DNA of 64,000 bases from an uncultured bacterium (GTDB taxonomy: Bacteria > Krumholzibacteriota > Krumholzibacteriia > LZORAL124-64-63), in assembly GCA_963732385.1 (NCBI GenBank), contig CAVSZB010000005.1, positions 64,001-128,000 on the forward strand, read 5' to 3'. Below, piece after piece: positions 55,305 through 64,000 of this stretch. Position 1 is the first letter of the stretch. Each line of letters starts with the position of its first letter. The notes under the pieces were generated by a model. It saw only the letters and a list, made by a program, of their open reading frames with translations, ran no database searches and was not told the origin of the DNA. Both the position numbers and the translations under genes were made by a program.

Positions 55305-56814
55305 GGCGAACCGGCGCCGGCGCCGTCCGCGTCGGCGCCAGCGCCATGGCCACCGCCTCCTCCACGCTGACCGCCGCGTCGATGGTCAGCCCCTCTTCCC
55401 GGGTGCGGTGCCGCTTGGCCCGCGCCGTCACCACGCGGGTGAACCCGTGCCGCGCCGCCTCGCGCAGCCGGCTGGCGCGGTCGGACACGTCGCGCAGCTC
55501 GCCGGTCAGCCCCACCTCGCCAAGCACGAGCGTGTCGACCGGGATCGGCACCTCGCGCAGCGACGAGGCGAGCGCCGCCAGAATCGCCAGGTCGGCGGCC
55601 GGGTCGTCGAGCCGCGCGCCGCCCGCAACCTTCACGAAGATGTCGCAGCCGGCGATATCCATACCGGCCCGTTTTTCGAGGATGGCGGCCAGCAGGGCGA
55701 CCCGTTTCGAGTCCACCCCCTGCACCACCCGCTGCGGGGTGCCGTAACGCGTGGGCGACACCAGCGCCTGCACCTCGACCAGGAAGATGCGCGATCCGTT
55801 GCGCACGGCGCACACCGCCGCGCCCGGCTCCACGCCGCGCCGTCCGCTCAGAAACAGCGCCCCGGCCTCGTCGACCGGCTGCAGGCCGTCGCCCCGCATC
55901 TCGAGGATGGCCAGCTCGCCGGTGGCGCCGAAGCGGTTCTTGAACGCGCGCACCATGCGCACGGCGCCCCCCTCGGATCCCTCGAAGTAGAGCACCGTAT
56001 CGACCATGTGCTCGAGCAGCTTCGGCCCCGCCAGCTCGCCCGACTTGGTCACGTGCCCGACCAGGAACACCGGACAGCCGGTCTGCCGCGCGAAATCGGC
56101 CAGCACGCCGCCGCAGTAGCGGATCTGGCTGACGCTGCCGGGCCAGCCGTCGATCGCCTCGCTGTGCAGCGTCTGCACCGAATCGGCGATGACCACGCAC
56201 GGCGTGTCGGGGTGGGCGGCACGATCGTCGTAGAGGGCGTACAGCAGACGTTCGAGCTGCACGTCGTCGAGGATGAGGAATCCCGGCTCGCGTTTGCTGT
56301 CGAACCCGAGCCGCTCCCCCCTCATCCGGATCTGCGCCGGCGACTCCTCGCCGGCGATGTACAGGACCCGCACGCCGGCCCGCACCCAGCGCAGGGCGAG
56401 CCCGGTCAGCAGCGTCGACTTGCCCACGCCCGGTTCCCCGCCCAGCAGCACCACCGACCCCTCGACCAGCCCGCCGCCGAGCACCCGGGAAACCTCTTCC
56501 GGCTCCACCGCCAGGCGCTTCGCCTGCGCCGACGAGATCTCCGCCAGCGGCACCGCCCGCAGCGGCCCCTCGCCGCGGCTCGGCGCGAAGCCGGGCTGAC
56601 CGACCCCCTCGCCGGCGGCGCCCTGGCCAGGACGGCCGGAGGCGCGGTGCGAGCCATAGCCGCGCGCTCCCTTCCCCTCGCCCCCCCCCGCGGCGCCGGG
56701 GATCTTGACCTCGGTGAACGAATTCCACTCTCCGCACCCGGGGCAGCGCCCCATCCAGCGGACCTCCTCGTGGCCACAGCTCTGACAGAGGAATTTCGTC
56801 GTATCGCGCGCCAT
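55282..56814 (-). CDS. radA: DNA repair protein RadA/Sms
   Basis: C4 zinc finger CQSCG...CPGCGEWN, GGEPGVGKSTL, GHVTKSG.LAGPK.LEHMVD, KNRFG, GEVGLTGE. Confidence 0.96.
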   Translation of the reverse strand: MARDTTKFLCQSCGHEEVRWMGRCPGCGEWNSFTEVKIPGAAGGGEGKGARGYGSHRASGRPGQGAAGEGVGQPGFAPSRGEGPLRAVPLAEISSAQAKRLAVEPEEVSRVLGGGLVEGSVVLLGGEPGVGKSTLLTGLALRWVRAGVRVLYIAGEESPAQIRMRGERLGFDSKREPGFLILDDVQLERLLYALYDDRAAHPDTPCVVIADSVQTLHSEAIDGWPGSVSQIRYCGGVLADFARQTGCPVFLVGHVTKSGELAGPKLLEHMVDTVLYFEGSEGGAVRMVRAFKNRFGATGELAILEMRGDGLQPVDEAGALFLSGRRGVEPGAAVCAVRNGSRIFLVEVQALVSPTRYGTPQRVVQGVDSKRVALLAAILEKRAGMDIAGCDIFVKVAGGARLDDPAADLAILAALASSLREVPIPVDTLVLGEVGLTGELRDVSDRASRLREAARHGFTRVVTARAKRHRTREEGLTIDAAVSVEEAVAMALAPTRTAPAPVRHAAPREG

Positions 56815-57102
56815 ACAGCGCTCGCTTTCCGGGAGGGAGATCGCCGTTTCGGGCCGTACACCGGCCGAGCAGCCGACATGCCACGCCAGCTTACGCGTTG
56901 TGGGCCGCAGGGTCAAAGGGCGGGGCGACTTCGCCTCAGCCTGTTGCCGCCCGGACCCACCTTCTGTTATTATTGGTATTCCAGAGGCCTATCCTGATAT
57001 TTCGATGCTGCCGCGGAATTTGCTTCCGGCCTGAATTTTCGCTGACGCCAGGGCTGGCGCGGTCGCCCCTCGCATGCCACAAGATCAAAAAGGCGGGCTC
57101 AA

Positions 57103-60100
57103 ATGAGGAAAAACAATTTATTCAGCACAAGGCACATCCTGCCCCGCGCCCTGATGGTGGCCTGTTTCGGGCTGCTGGCGCTGCAGCTCCCCCGCCTGGT
57201 CGGCATCGGCAACGACGACCCAGGCGCCCGCGACCTGGCCCGCCTCGAACGCTGGCGCGAGCATGCCCGGCCCGGCAGCGCGGAGCGTTTCAAGATCGAG
57301 CGCCGGATCGACCGGCTCGAGCGCCAGCGCGCCGGGAAACCGGCCTTCGACGAGCCGGACCAGTTCGCCCGCCTGCTCAACGAGATGCGGATCCCGGCCG
57401 ACCGCCAGGAGTCGGAGTACGACGCCGGCTACCGGGTGCGCGAGCTGAGCGTGGCGCGCCAGGCGCTCAAGGCGCTCGGCACGCCGCTGGCCTGGGAAAG
57501 CCGCGGACCGGGCAACGTGGCCGGCCGCGCCCGCGCGATCATCGTCGATCCCGACGACCCGACGAACAGCACCTGGTACATCGGCACCGCCAGCGGCGGC
57601 GTCTGGAAGACCGTCGACTCCGGCGCCGCCTGGGCGCCGCTCACCGACGGGTTCCCGGTCCTGTCGTGCCAGTCGCTGGCCATGGCCGCGAGCAACCACG
57701 ACGTGATGTACGTCGGCACGGGCGAGAGTTTCTTCAATATCGACACCATCAACGGTAACGGGATCCTCAAAACCACCGACCGCGGCCTGACCTGGACCCA
57801 CCTGGCGACGACCGTCGACGACCCGGCCTTCAACAATGTCTCGCGCCTGGTGGTCGACCCCGCCAACGCGGACATCGTGCTGGCCACGACGACCGTGGGC
57901 CGTTACAAGGCTTTGATCCTCCAGCGTTCGAGCATCTACAAGTCGACCGACGGCGGCGCCAGCTGGCTGGAGGTGTACGCGATCACCGACCTCGGCACTT
58001 CCGGAACGGCGAAGAAGATCCAGCAGATCGTGGCCGACCCGACCGACTTCAACGTGCTCTACGCCACCGTCGATGAAGCGGGCATTCTCAAGTCCACCAA
58101 CGCCGGCGCCACCTGGGCCTGGGCCAACACCGGCATCACCAACTTCACGGGCCGGTTCGAGCTGGCGATCTCGCCGGTCGATCACAACCGGTTGTACGCT
58201 TCGGCGGAGGGGGCCAGCCACGCCGAACTCTGGATCTCGACCAACGGCGGCGCCAACTGGTCGGAAACCTTCGAGAGCGGAACCGAGCCGAACTGGCTCG
58301 GCGCCCAGGGCTGGTACGACAATACGATTGTCTGCCACCCGACGAACACCAACATCGTCTACGTGGGCGGGATCCAGCTCTGGCAGATCACCCTCAGCGG
58401 CACCAGCCGCACATCGAGCCTGCTCACCACCGGACCCGTGCACGTGGACCAGCACGGCCTCGTGGTCCTGCAGGACGGCGGCGGCGCCTGGCGCCTGCTC
58501 AACACGAACGACGGCGGCATTGGCCTGTCGTCGGCCTCCGCCTCCGGCTGGACCGCGCCGATCGACGGCATGACCACCACGCAGTTCTACGGGGTCGACA
58601 AGCGCCCCGGCGCCAGCGCCTACTTCGGCGGCATGCAGGACAACGGCACCTGGTTCTCGCCGCCCGGCTCCGACGCGCTGACGCCGTGGACCTTCGCCAT
58701 CGGCGGCGACGGTTATGAGACGTCGTGGCACTTCGACGATCCGCTGAAGATGATCGGCGGCTACCAGTACAACGGGCTGCAGCGCTCGCTCGACGGCGGC
58801 GCCACCTGGAACGGCGCCACGAGCGGCCTGCTCGACCTCGGTTCGGCCCGCGCGCCGTTCGTCACCAAGATCGCCAAGAGCCGCCAGGCGCCCGAGCTGC
58901 TCTTCGCCGTCGGCCGCGACGGCGTCTGGCGCTCGACGAACTTCGGCGGCAGCTGGGCCCTCTCCGCCATCTCGTCGACCACCTGGGGCGCGGTCAGCAG
59001 CTTCCACGACGTGAAGATCTCGCGCGCCGACCCCGCCGTCGTCTGGGGCGGCTCGCGCATGGACGCCACCGTAAAGATCCACCTCTCGACCGACGGCGGC
59101 GTCACTTTCGCCCCCGTCCCCAGCTACAGCGCCGTCACCATGGGCGGCATCTCCGGCCTGGCCACCCATCCCACCGACGCCTCCACCGCCTACGTGCTGT
59201 TCAGCTTCGCCGGCCGTCCCAAGATCCTGCGCACGACCGACTTTGGCTCCACCTGGACCGACCTCACCGGCTTCGTCGGCGGCAGCCCGAGCACCAACGG
59301 CTTCCCCGACGTCGCCGTCTACGACCTGCTCGTGTTCTCGGACAACCCGAACCACCTGTGGGCCGGCACCGAGATCGGCCTGGTCGAATCGCTCGACGGC
59401 GGCGCCTCCTGGGCGCTCGCCGACAACGGACTGCCGGCGGTGGCGATCTGGAACCTGGCCGAGGTCGAAGACGAAGTGGTCGTCGGCACGCACGGCCGCG
59501 GCATCTGGAGCGTGAAGATGCCGTCGCTGGTGGCGGGTCAGACCTTCCGGCCGCTGATCGACGGTCTCTACCAGGGCCCCGACGGCCTGCTGAGCATCGC
59601 TCTCAACCTGCGCTCGGAGTACGATTCGACGACGGTTTTCCTGGACGGAGCTCCGCTGACCGTCCTGCCGGCCAACACTTTCCAGCAGAGCGCCTTCGTG
59701 CAGGCGCCCGTGCTCGCGGCCGGCACGAAGAGCGTGTTCGCGCGCGGGCACCGCGACGGCATTGCGTACGATTCGGTCACCCGCACGCTCGCCGTCTACG
59801 CGCTGCAGACACCCGTGTTCACTTACGTGAATGACTTCGAAACGCCCACCGACGACTTCGTCGGCAGCGGCTTCACGATCGGCGGGACCGCCAGGTTCAC
59901 CGGCAGCGCGATCAACTCCGCCCACGACTACCCCGACAACGTCACGTCCACTTATCTGCTCACGGTCCCGATCCGGGTGGCGCAGAGCAGCGCCTACGTT
60001 TCGTTCGACGAGGTCGCGCTGGTCGAGCCGGGCGATCCGGGCACCGTGTTCGGCGACAACAGCTTCTGGGACTACGTCATCGTGGAGGGCAGCCGCGACG

Positions 60101-60645
60101 GCGTGACCTGGCTGCCGATCGAGCCGGGCTACGACTGCCGGCGCGATCCGGACTGGGAAACCGCCTGGTACAGCAACACCCCCGGCAGCTCCGCCCTGCT
60201 GCGCCATCACGTGTTCGACCTGCAAAACGTCTTCGTCTGGAACGAGACGATCCTGCTGCGCCTGCGACTCTACGCCGACTCCTCGGTGAACGGCTGGGGC
60301 TGGATCGTCGACAACCTGGAGATCCAGGTCGGCAGCCCCACCGACGTGCCGAACGGGCCGGCTGCCCGCGTGGTCGCGCTCGCCCAGAACACCCCGAATC
60401 CCTTCAATCCCGCCACGACCATCCGGTACGCGCTGCCGCGCGACAGCGATGTGAACCTGCGCGTTTTCGACCTGCGCGGGCGTCTGGTGCAGACGCTGGT
60501 CGACGGGGTCGAGCCCGCGGGCGAGCATACGGTGCTGTGGGACGGCCGTGCGGCCGGCGGGGGCGCCGTCGCCAGCGGCGTGTACCTGTATCGTCTGCAG
60601 GCGGGCAACGAGGTGCGGCAGCGCCGCATGACGCTGGTCAGGTAG
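57103..60645 (+). CDS. Secreted BNR/Asp-box beta-propeller protein (Vps10/GH74-like) with FlgD-Ig-type C-terminal domain
   Basis: WESRGP.NVAGR, many (K/R)S.DGG..W Asp-boxes, HVDQH, GTHGRGIW; PNPFNP...WDG...ASGVY. Confidence 0.85.
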   Translation: MRKNNLFSTRHILPRALMVACFGLLALQLPRLVGIGNDDPGARDLARLERWREHARPGSAERFKIERRIDRLERQRAGKPAFDEPDQFARLLNEMRIPADRQESEYDAGYRVRELSVARQALKALGTPLAWESRGPGNVAGRARAIIVDPDDPTNSTWYIGTASGGVWKTVDSGAAWAPLTDGFPVLSCQSLAMAASNHDVMYVGTGESFFNIDTINGNGILKTTDRGLTWTHLATTVDDPAFNNVSRLVVDPANADIVLATTTVGRYKALILQRSSIYKSTDGGASWLEVYAITDLGTSGTAKKIQQIVADPTDFNVLYATVDEAGILKSTNAGATWAWANTGITNFTGRFELAISPVDHNRLYASAEGASHAELWISTNGGANWSETFESGTEPNWLGAQGWYDNTIVCHPTNTNIVYVGGIQLWQITLSGTSRTSSLLTTGPVHVDQHGLVVLQDGGGAWRLLNTNDGGIGLSSASASGWTAPIDGMTTTQFYGVDKRPGASAYFGGMQDNGTWFSPPGSDALTPWTFAIGGDGYETSWHFDDPLKMIGGYQYNGLQRSLDGGATWNGATSGLLDLGSARAPFVTKIAKSRQAPELLFAVGRDGVWRSTNFGGSWALSAISSTTWGAVSSFHDVKISRADPAVVWGGSRMDATVKIHLSTDGGVTFAPVPSYSAVTMGGISGLATHPTDASTAYVLFSFAGRPKILRTTDFGSTWTDLTGFVGGSPSTNGFPDVAVYDLLVFSDNPNHLWAGTEIGLVESLDGGASWALADNGLPAVAIWNLAEVEDEVVVGTHGRGIWSVKMPSLVAGQTFRPLIDGLYQGPDGLLSIALNLRSEYDSTTVFLDGAPLTVLPANTFQQSAFVQAPVLAAGTKSVFARGHRDGIAYDSVTRTLAVYALQTPVFTYVNDFETPTDDFVGSGFTIGGTARFTGSAINSAHDYPDNVTSTYLLTVPIRVAQSSAYVSFDEVALVEPGDPGTVFGDNSFWDYVIVEGSRDGVTWLPIEPGYDCRRDPDWETAWYSNTPGSSALLRHHVFDLQNVFVWNETILLRLRLYADSSVNGWGWIVDNLEIQVGSPTDVPNGPAARVVALAQNTPNPFNPATTIRYALPRDSDVNLRVFDLRGRLVQTLVDGVEPAGEHTVLWDGRAAGGGAVASGVYLYRLQAGNEVRQRRMTLVR

Positions 60646-60681
60646 GAGAAGCAGCGCAGGCGGCGGCGCGGGCCGCCGCTT

Positions 60682-62829
60682 TCAACGCACGAGGGTAAGC
60701 CGGCGCGTGTGCGTGAGCCCGTTCGTCGCGAGTCGGCAGACGTAGACACCGCTGGCGACGGGATTGCCGGCGTCGTCGCGGCCATCCCAGACGACGGCGC
60801 CCGCGCCGGCCGGCAGGTCGGCGGCGAGCAGCGTGCGGATGACGGCGCCGCGCGCATCGTGCACCCGCACGGTGGCGCGGCCCGCGCGCGCCAGAGTGTA
60901 GCGGATCTCGGCGCGCGGATTGAACGGGTTGGGCAGGATGGCCAGCAGGGCGCTGCGGGCGACGGGGAGATCGTCGGCGCCGGTCGGATCGCCCGCGACG
61001 ACGACCCGCAGCGGCGACGCGGGGCCGGTCGCCGGATGCAGGGCGGCAATGCCGGCCGTGTCGGCGGCGGCGAGATAGTACTCCAGCGTCGTGCCGTCGA
61101 CGGCCGCCGGCAGCGCGGCGAAGAACGAGTCCGGGCCGGAGGCCGCCAGGGGGAGCGCCTGCCAGGCGCCACCGTCGGCGCGCCAGTGCAGCTGCAGCGT
61201 GGCCGGGACGAGCGGCAGGCGGTCGCCGATCAGGCAGCCGACCGGATAGCCGAACGCCGGCGGCAGGGTGTCGGCCAGCGCGACATGCGTGATGTGCGGC
61301 CCGTAGTAGTCGAGCGCGGCCACCGCGTCGAGGATCCCCCAGCCGAAATCGATGTCGGGCAGCGTCGCGCGCGAAGCGGTTTCGCGCAGCGCCTCGCGGA
61401 CCTGCCACGGCGTCAGGCCGGGCGCGCGCTGCAGCAGCAGCGCCGCCACCCCCGCCGCCAGCGGGCAGGAGAGCGAAGTCCCCGAGACCGTGACATACCC
61501 GGTGTCGACGGTCGGCGATGCCGCCGGCACCGCCACGCCGAGCGCGCAGAAGTCCGGCTTGACGCGACCGTCGGCCGTGGGGCCGGGCGACGAGAAACTC
61601 GCGATGGCGCCGTCGAGACGCACGGCGCCGACCGTCAGCACGGAATCGCCGTCGGCGGGGACGAGGATGTGCCCCCAGGCAGTGGTCCGCTCGTTGCCGG
61701 CCGACGCACAGACGACGATGCCACGGGCTGCCGCCAGGTCGGCCGCTCGCGTGGTGACCGCGGTGTCGCCATCGAGATCATCGAAGGTGTACCAGTCGGA
61801 ATAGCCGAGCGAACTGGAAACGACGTCCACGCCGAAGGTGTCGAGCCACTCGATCCCGGCGACCCAGTTGTCCTCCTCGGCCGGCACCTCGACGGAGATG
61901 TCCTCGGTCTTCGCCAGCGCCACGACGGCGTCATACGCCGGCCCAGTCAGTTCTCCCGGCTCGCGCCCCATCAGCGCGGAGAGCGTGTACGTGCCGTGAT
62001 TCTGCTCCCCGATCGGATCGCCCGGCTCGTCCTGCACCACCGGATCGTTGTTGACGAAGTCCCAGCGTCCCAGCACCGGGATCTGGTCGAGCGCCTCGTG
62101 GGTCGTCCTGAAGCCGGTGTCGAGCATGCCGATGATGACGCCGGCGCCGGTATAGCCGGCGGCGTGGACGGCCGGGACGTTGATCTGGGCGAGTGCGGCG
62201 AAGCTGGCGCCGTAGGCGACAGTATCGATGACGGCGGCGCCGGCGGGCGTCACCGCGGCCGGCGCCGACTTCGCCGGCCACCCGTCGTCCGGCGGCGGCG
62301 GCGGCGGCGTGCGCCGGAACTTCGCCACCAGGTCCACGCGCGCCACCGCCGGCAACGCCGCGATGCGGCGCACCTGGTCCGGCGTGGCGTCGAAGCTGGC
62401 CGCGTTCAGCCAGCGGCTGAGCCGGCGCGGCGCGGCGCCGGTGGCCGTCACCGCGTCGATCCCGCGTGGCGCGACCGGCAGGTCGCCCACATCCACCAGG
62501 CGCGCGCGACCGTCGGCGCCGCGCCTGCCGACGCCCGCGTCGGCGGCCCGCATCTTCTCCCGTCGCCACGCCGCGTGGGCCGGGAGCGCCGCCTGCGCCT
62601 CCGTGAGCGCCGTCGCGAGCGCCTCGCCCTGCAACCCCTTGTCCCGGAAGAACACCCAGACCGCCAGCCGACCCTGTCCGTCGCGCGGGAAAGCTGCCGG
62701 ATCAACGAGCGCCCGTTCGAGGCGCGGCCCAAGATCCGCCGCAGCGCCCGCCGTCGCGGCCCCCGCGCCGCCGGCCAGTCCGAGCCACGCCGGCAGGATC
62801 ATCTTCAGCAGAGGCCCGGCGCTTCGCAT
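60682..62829 (-). CDS. Secreted S8 subtilase with FlgD-Ig-type C-terminal domain
   Basis: LDTG, HGT, SAGN, SGTSLSCP catalytic motifs; PNPFNP...WDGRDD.G..VASGVY. Confidence 0.92.
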   Translation of the reverse strand: MRSAGPLLKMILPAWLGLAGGAGAATAGAAADLGPRLERALVDPAAFPRDGQGRLAVWVFFRDKGLQGEALATALTEAQAALPAHAAWRREKMRAADAGVGRRGADGRARLVDVGDLPVAPRGIDAVTATGAAPRRLSRWLNAASFDATPDQVRRIAALPAVARVDLVAKFRRTPPPPPPDDGWPAKSAPAAVTPAGAAVIDTVAYGASFAALAQINVPAVHAAGYTGAGVIIGMLDTGFRTTHEALDQIPVLGRWDFVNNDPVVQDEPGDPIGEQNHGTYTLSALMGREPGELTGPAYDAVVALAKTEDISVEVPAEEDNWVAGIEWLDTFGVDVVSSSLGYSDWYTFDDLDGDTAVTTRAADLAAARGIVVCASAGNERTTAWGHILVPADGDSVLTVGAVRLDGAIASFSSPGPTADGRVKPDFCALGVAVPAASPTVDTGYVTVSGTSLSCPLAAGVAALLLQRAPGLTPWQVREALRETASRATLPDIDFGWGILDAVAALDYYGPHITHVALADTLPPAFGYPVGCLIGDRLPLVPATLQLHWRADGGAWQALPLAASGPDSFFAALPAAVDGTTLEYYLAAADTAGIAALHPATGPASPLRVVVAGDPTGADDLPVARSALLAILPNPFNPRAEIRYTLARAGRATVRVHDARGAVIRTLLAADLPAGAGAVVWDGRDDAGNPVASGVYVCRLATNGLTHTRRLTLVR

Positions 62830-62859
62830 GTTGACTCTCCCTGCGTGTCTGACGCGCCC

Positions 62860-63369
62860 CTACATCGGCGAAAAGCCCTGGTCGGCCCAGTAGGCGTCCT
62901 GCATGACCTTCTCGATCTCCATCAGCTGGTTCAGGTGCCCGACTTCCCACTCGGCGAGCCAGCCGAAGATCTTCTTCAGATCCGGATCCTCGGTCTTCTC
63001 CGCCCCGGCGCGATAGAAGCTGATCGCCTTGTTCTCAAGATCGCAACCAATGCCGATGACCGCCATCTCGAACGTACCGCGCTTGACCGAGGCGCGGAAC
63101 ACGTCGTCGATGATCGGCGCGGCGCCGTGGTCAACCTCGGCGGGATGCACCACCGACAGGTCCATCCGCCCGTGCTCCATCAGGCTCCGGTACTGCGCCT
63201 TGAGAATCGCCACGTGCTCCTCTTCGTCGCGGGCGAGCGCGGCGAACATCGCCTTCGCGTCCGGATCGGGGGTCTGGGTCACGGCGTGCGAATAGAGCTG
63301 CTGACCCTTGATCTCGGTCATGAGGGCGGTCTTCACCGCGTCGAGCATCCGCTGCTGCTTCGCGTCCAT
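62860..63369 (-). CDS. Rubrerythrin/ferritin-like di-iron protein
   Basis: E...Y, EEEH, E..AI.FY, EVGH di-iron pattern; GGAGGA SD. Confidence 0.85.
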   Translation of the reverse strand: MDAKQQRMLDAVKTALMTEIKGQQLYSHAVTQTPDPDAKAMFAALARDEEEHVAILKAQYRSLMEHGRMDLSVVHPAEVDHGAAPIIDDVFRASVKRGTFEMAVIGIGCDLENKAISFYRAGAEKTEDPDLKKIFGWLAEWEVGHLNQLMEIEKVMQDAYWADQGFSPM

Positions 63370-63411
63370 CCGGTCCTCCTCCGCCCCGCGCCGCGAACCG
63401 CGGCCGGCGGG

Positions 63412-64000
63412 TTAAAAGTCGATCACGTTGAAACGGAAATAACGCTTGGGATTGCGTCGGAAATCCTTGAGGAGCTCGCGCACCTCGCTCAGCGTCTGCG
63501 TCGTCTCCTCGTAGAGACGGTCGTCGGTGAGCAGCTTGCCGGCCGTTCCCTGGCCCGCCTCGAGCCGGGCCATGAGCGAGAGCAGGGAATCGGCGGTGCG
63601 CTCGACCAGGGCGAGCGTCGAGTCGGAATGCGCCAGCGTGCGGGACGCCCGGGCCAGCGTGCCGGCCGCGCCGCTGTCGGGCGCCGTAACCGCCTCGCGC
63701 AGAGCCGTGGCCGTCGTGCGCAGCTCCTGCACGAGCACCCGCAGGTCCTGGCGGTTCTCGCCCAGGGCGCCGTCCACGTTCTGCAGCGTTGACCGGGCGG
63801 CGTCGACCGTGCCCGCGAGACGTCCCTCCCGCTGCAGCTCCTGCACCAGGATGCGCAGATCGCCCATCAGGTCGTTGAGGCCGGCCATCGTCTCGCCGGC
63901 CGTGGCGGTCATCGCGGTGAGCGAAGGCTCGGCGATGCCCTGGAAGACATGCCCCGGCCTCACGGTGCTACCCTTGCCCGGCGACACCTCCACGATCTTC
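63412..64000 (-). CDS. MlaD/MCE family protein (5' part outside window)
   Basis: EVSPG at end of MCE domain, helical region, G.GTAGKLLTDD.LY, LLKDFRRNPKRY. Confidence 0.8.
   Translation of the reverse strand, partial: KIVEVSPGKGSTVRPGHVFQGIAEPSLTAMTATAGETMAGLNDLMGDLRILVQELQREGRLAGTVDAARSTLQNVDGALGENRQDLRVLVQELRTTATALREAVTAPDSGAAGTLARASRTLAHSDSTLALVERTADSLLSLMARLEAGQGTAGKLLTDDRLYEETTQTLSEVRELLKDFRRNPKRYFRFNVIDF

Noticed and set aside
54435..56814. radA-ispD adjacency as a novel association
   Set aside because: Common conserved neighbourhood in many phyla.
57118..63792. 1136-aa and 1027-aa ORFs antisense to the propeller and S8 genes
   Set aside because: Shadow ORFs of well-supported genes.

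Overview
GC-rich bacterial DNA. Three secreted proteins end in a PNPFNP...WDG...SGVY FlgD-Ig-type C-terminal domain, which suggests an FCB-associated candidate phylum such as Krumholzibacteriota, Latescibacterota or Eisenbacteria (inference only). The main feature is a ~25 kb type VI secretion locus (about 2.2-27.0 kb) made of two convergent operons, each with a recognisable sigma70-type promoter. The minus-strand operon has the P. aeruginosa H1-type order tssA-tssB-tssC-hcp-tagJ-tssE-tssF-tssG-clpV-vgrG, but no tssJ/K/L/M is visible anywhere in the window. The plus-strand operon carries PAAR, a hypothetical protein, DUF2169, a large phospholipase D, a metzincin-like protease and a HEAT-repeat lipoprotein. 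Four related (LysM)-beta-sandwich-peptidoglycan-binding proteins are interleaved with three candidate effectors (PLD, metalloprotease, LpxH-like metallophosphoesterase), and their middle domain resembles the VgrG C-terminal extension. This is the best candidate for an undescribed system. The rest is mostly housekeeping or accessory: non-pyrrolysine MttB, MATE, secreted proteases, a KamA-family radical SAM enzyme with glutamate-aminomutase-type residues, a multi-PAS kinase beside an HD-GYP relic, PepF, MFS, SpoIIE phosphatase, acs, ispD, radA, a rubrerythrin-like protein and MlaD. No rRNA, tRNA, CRISPR array or transposase was recognised. All calls come from reading motifs by eye; no searches were run.
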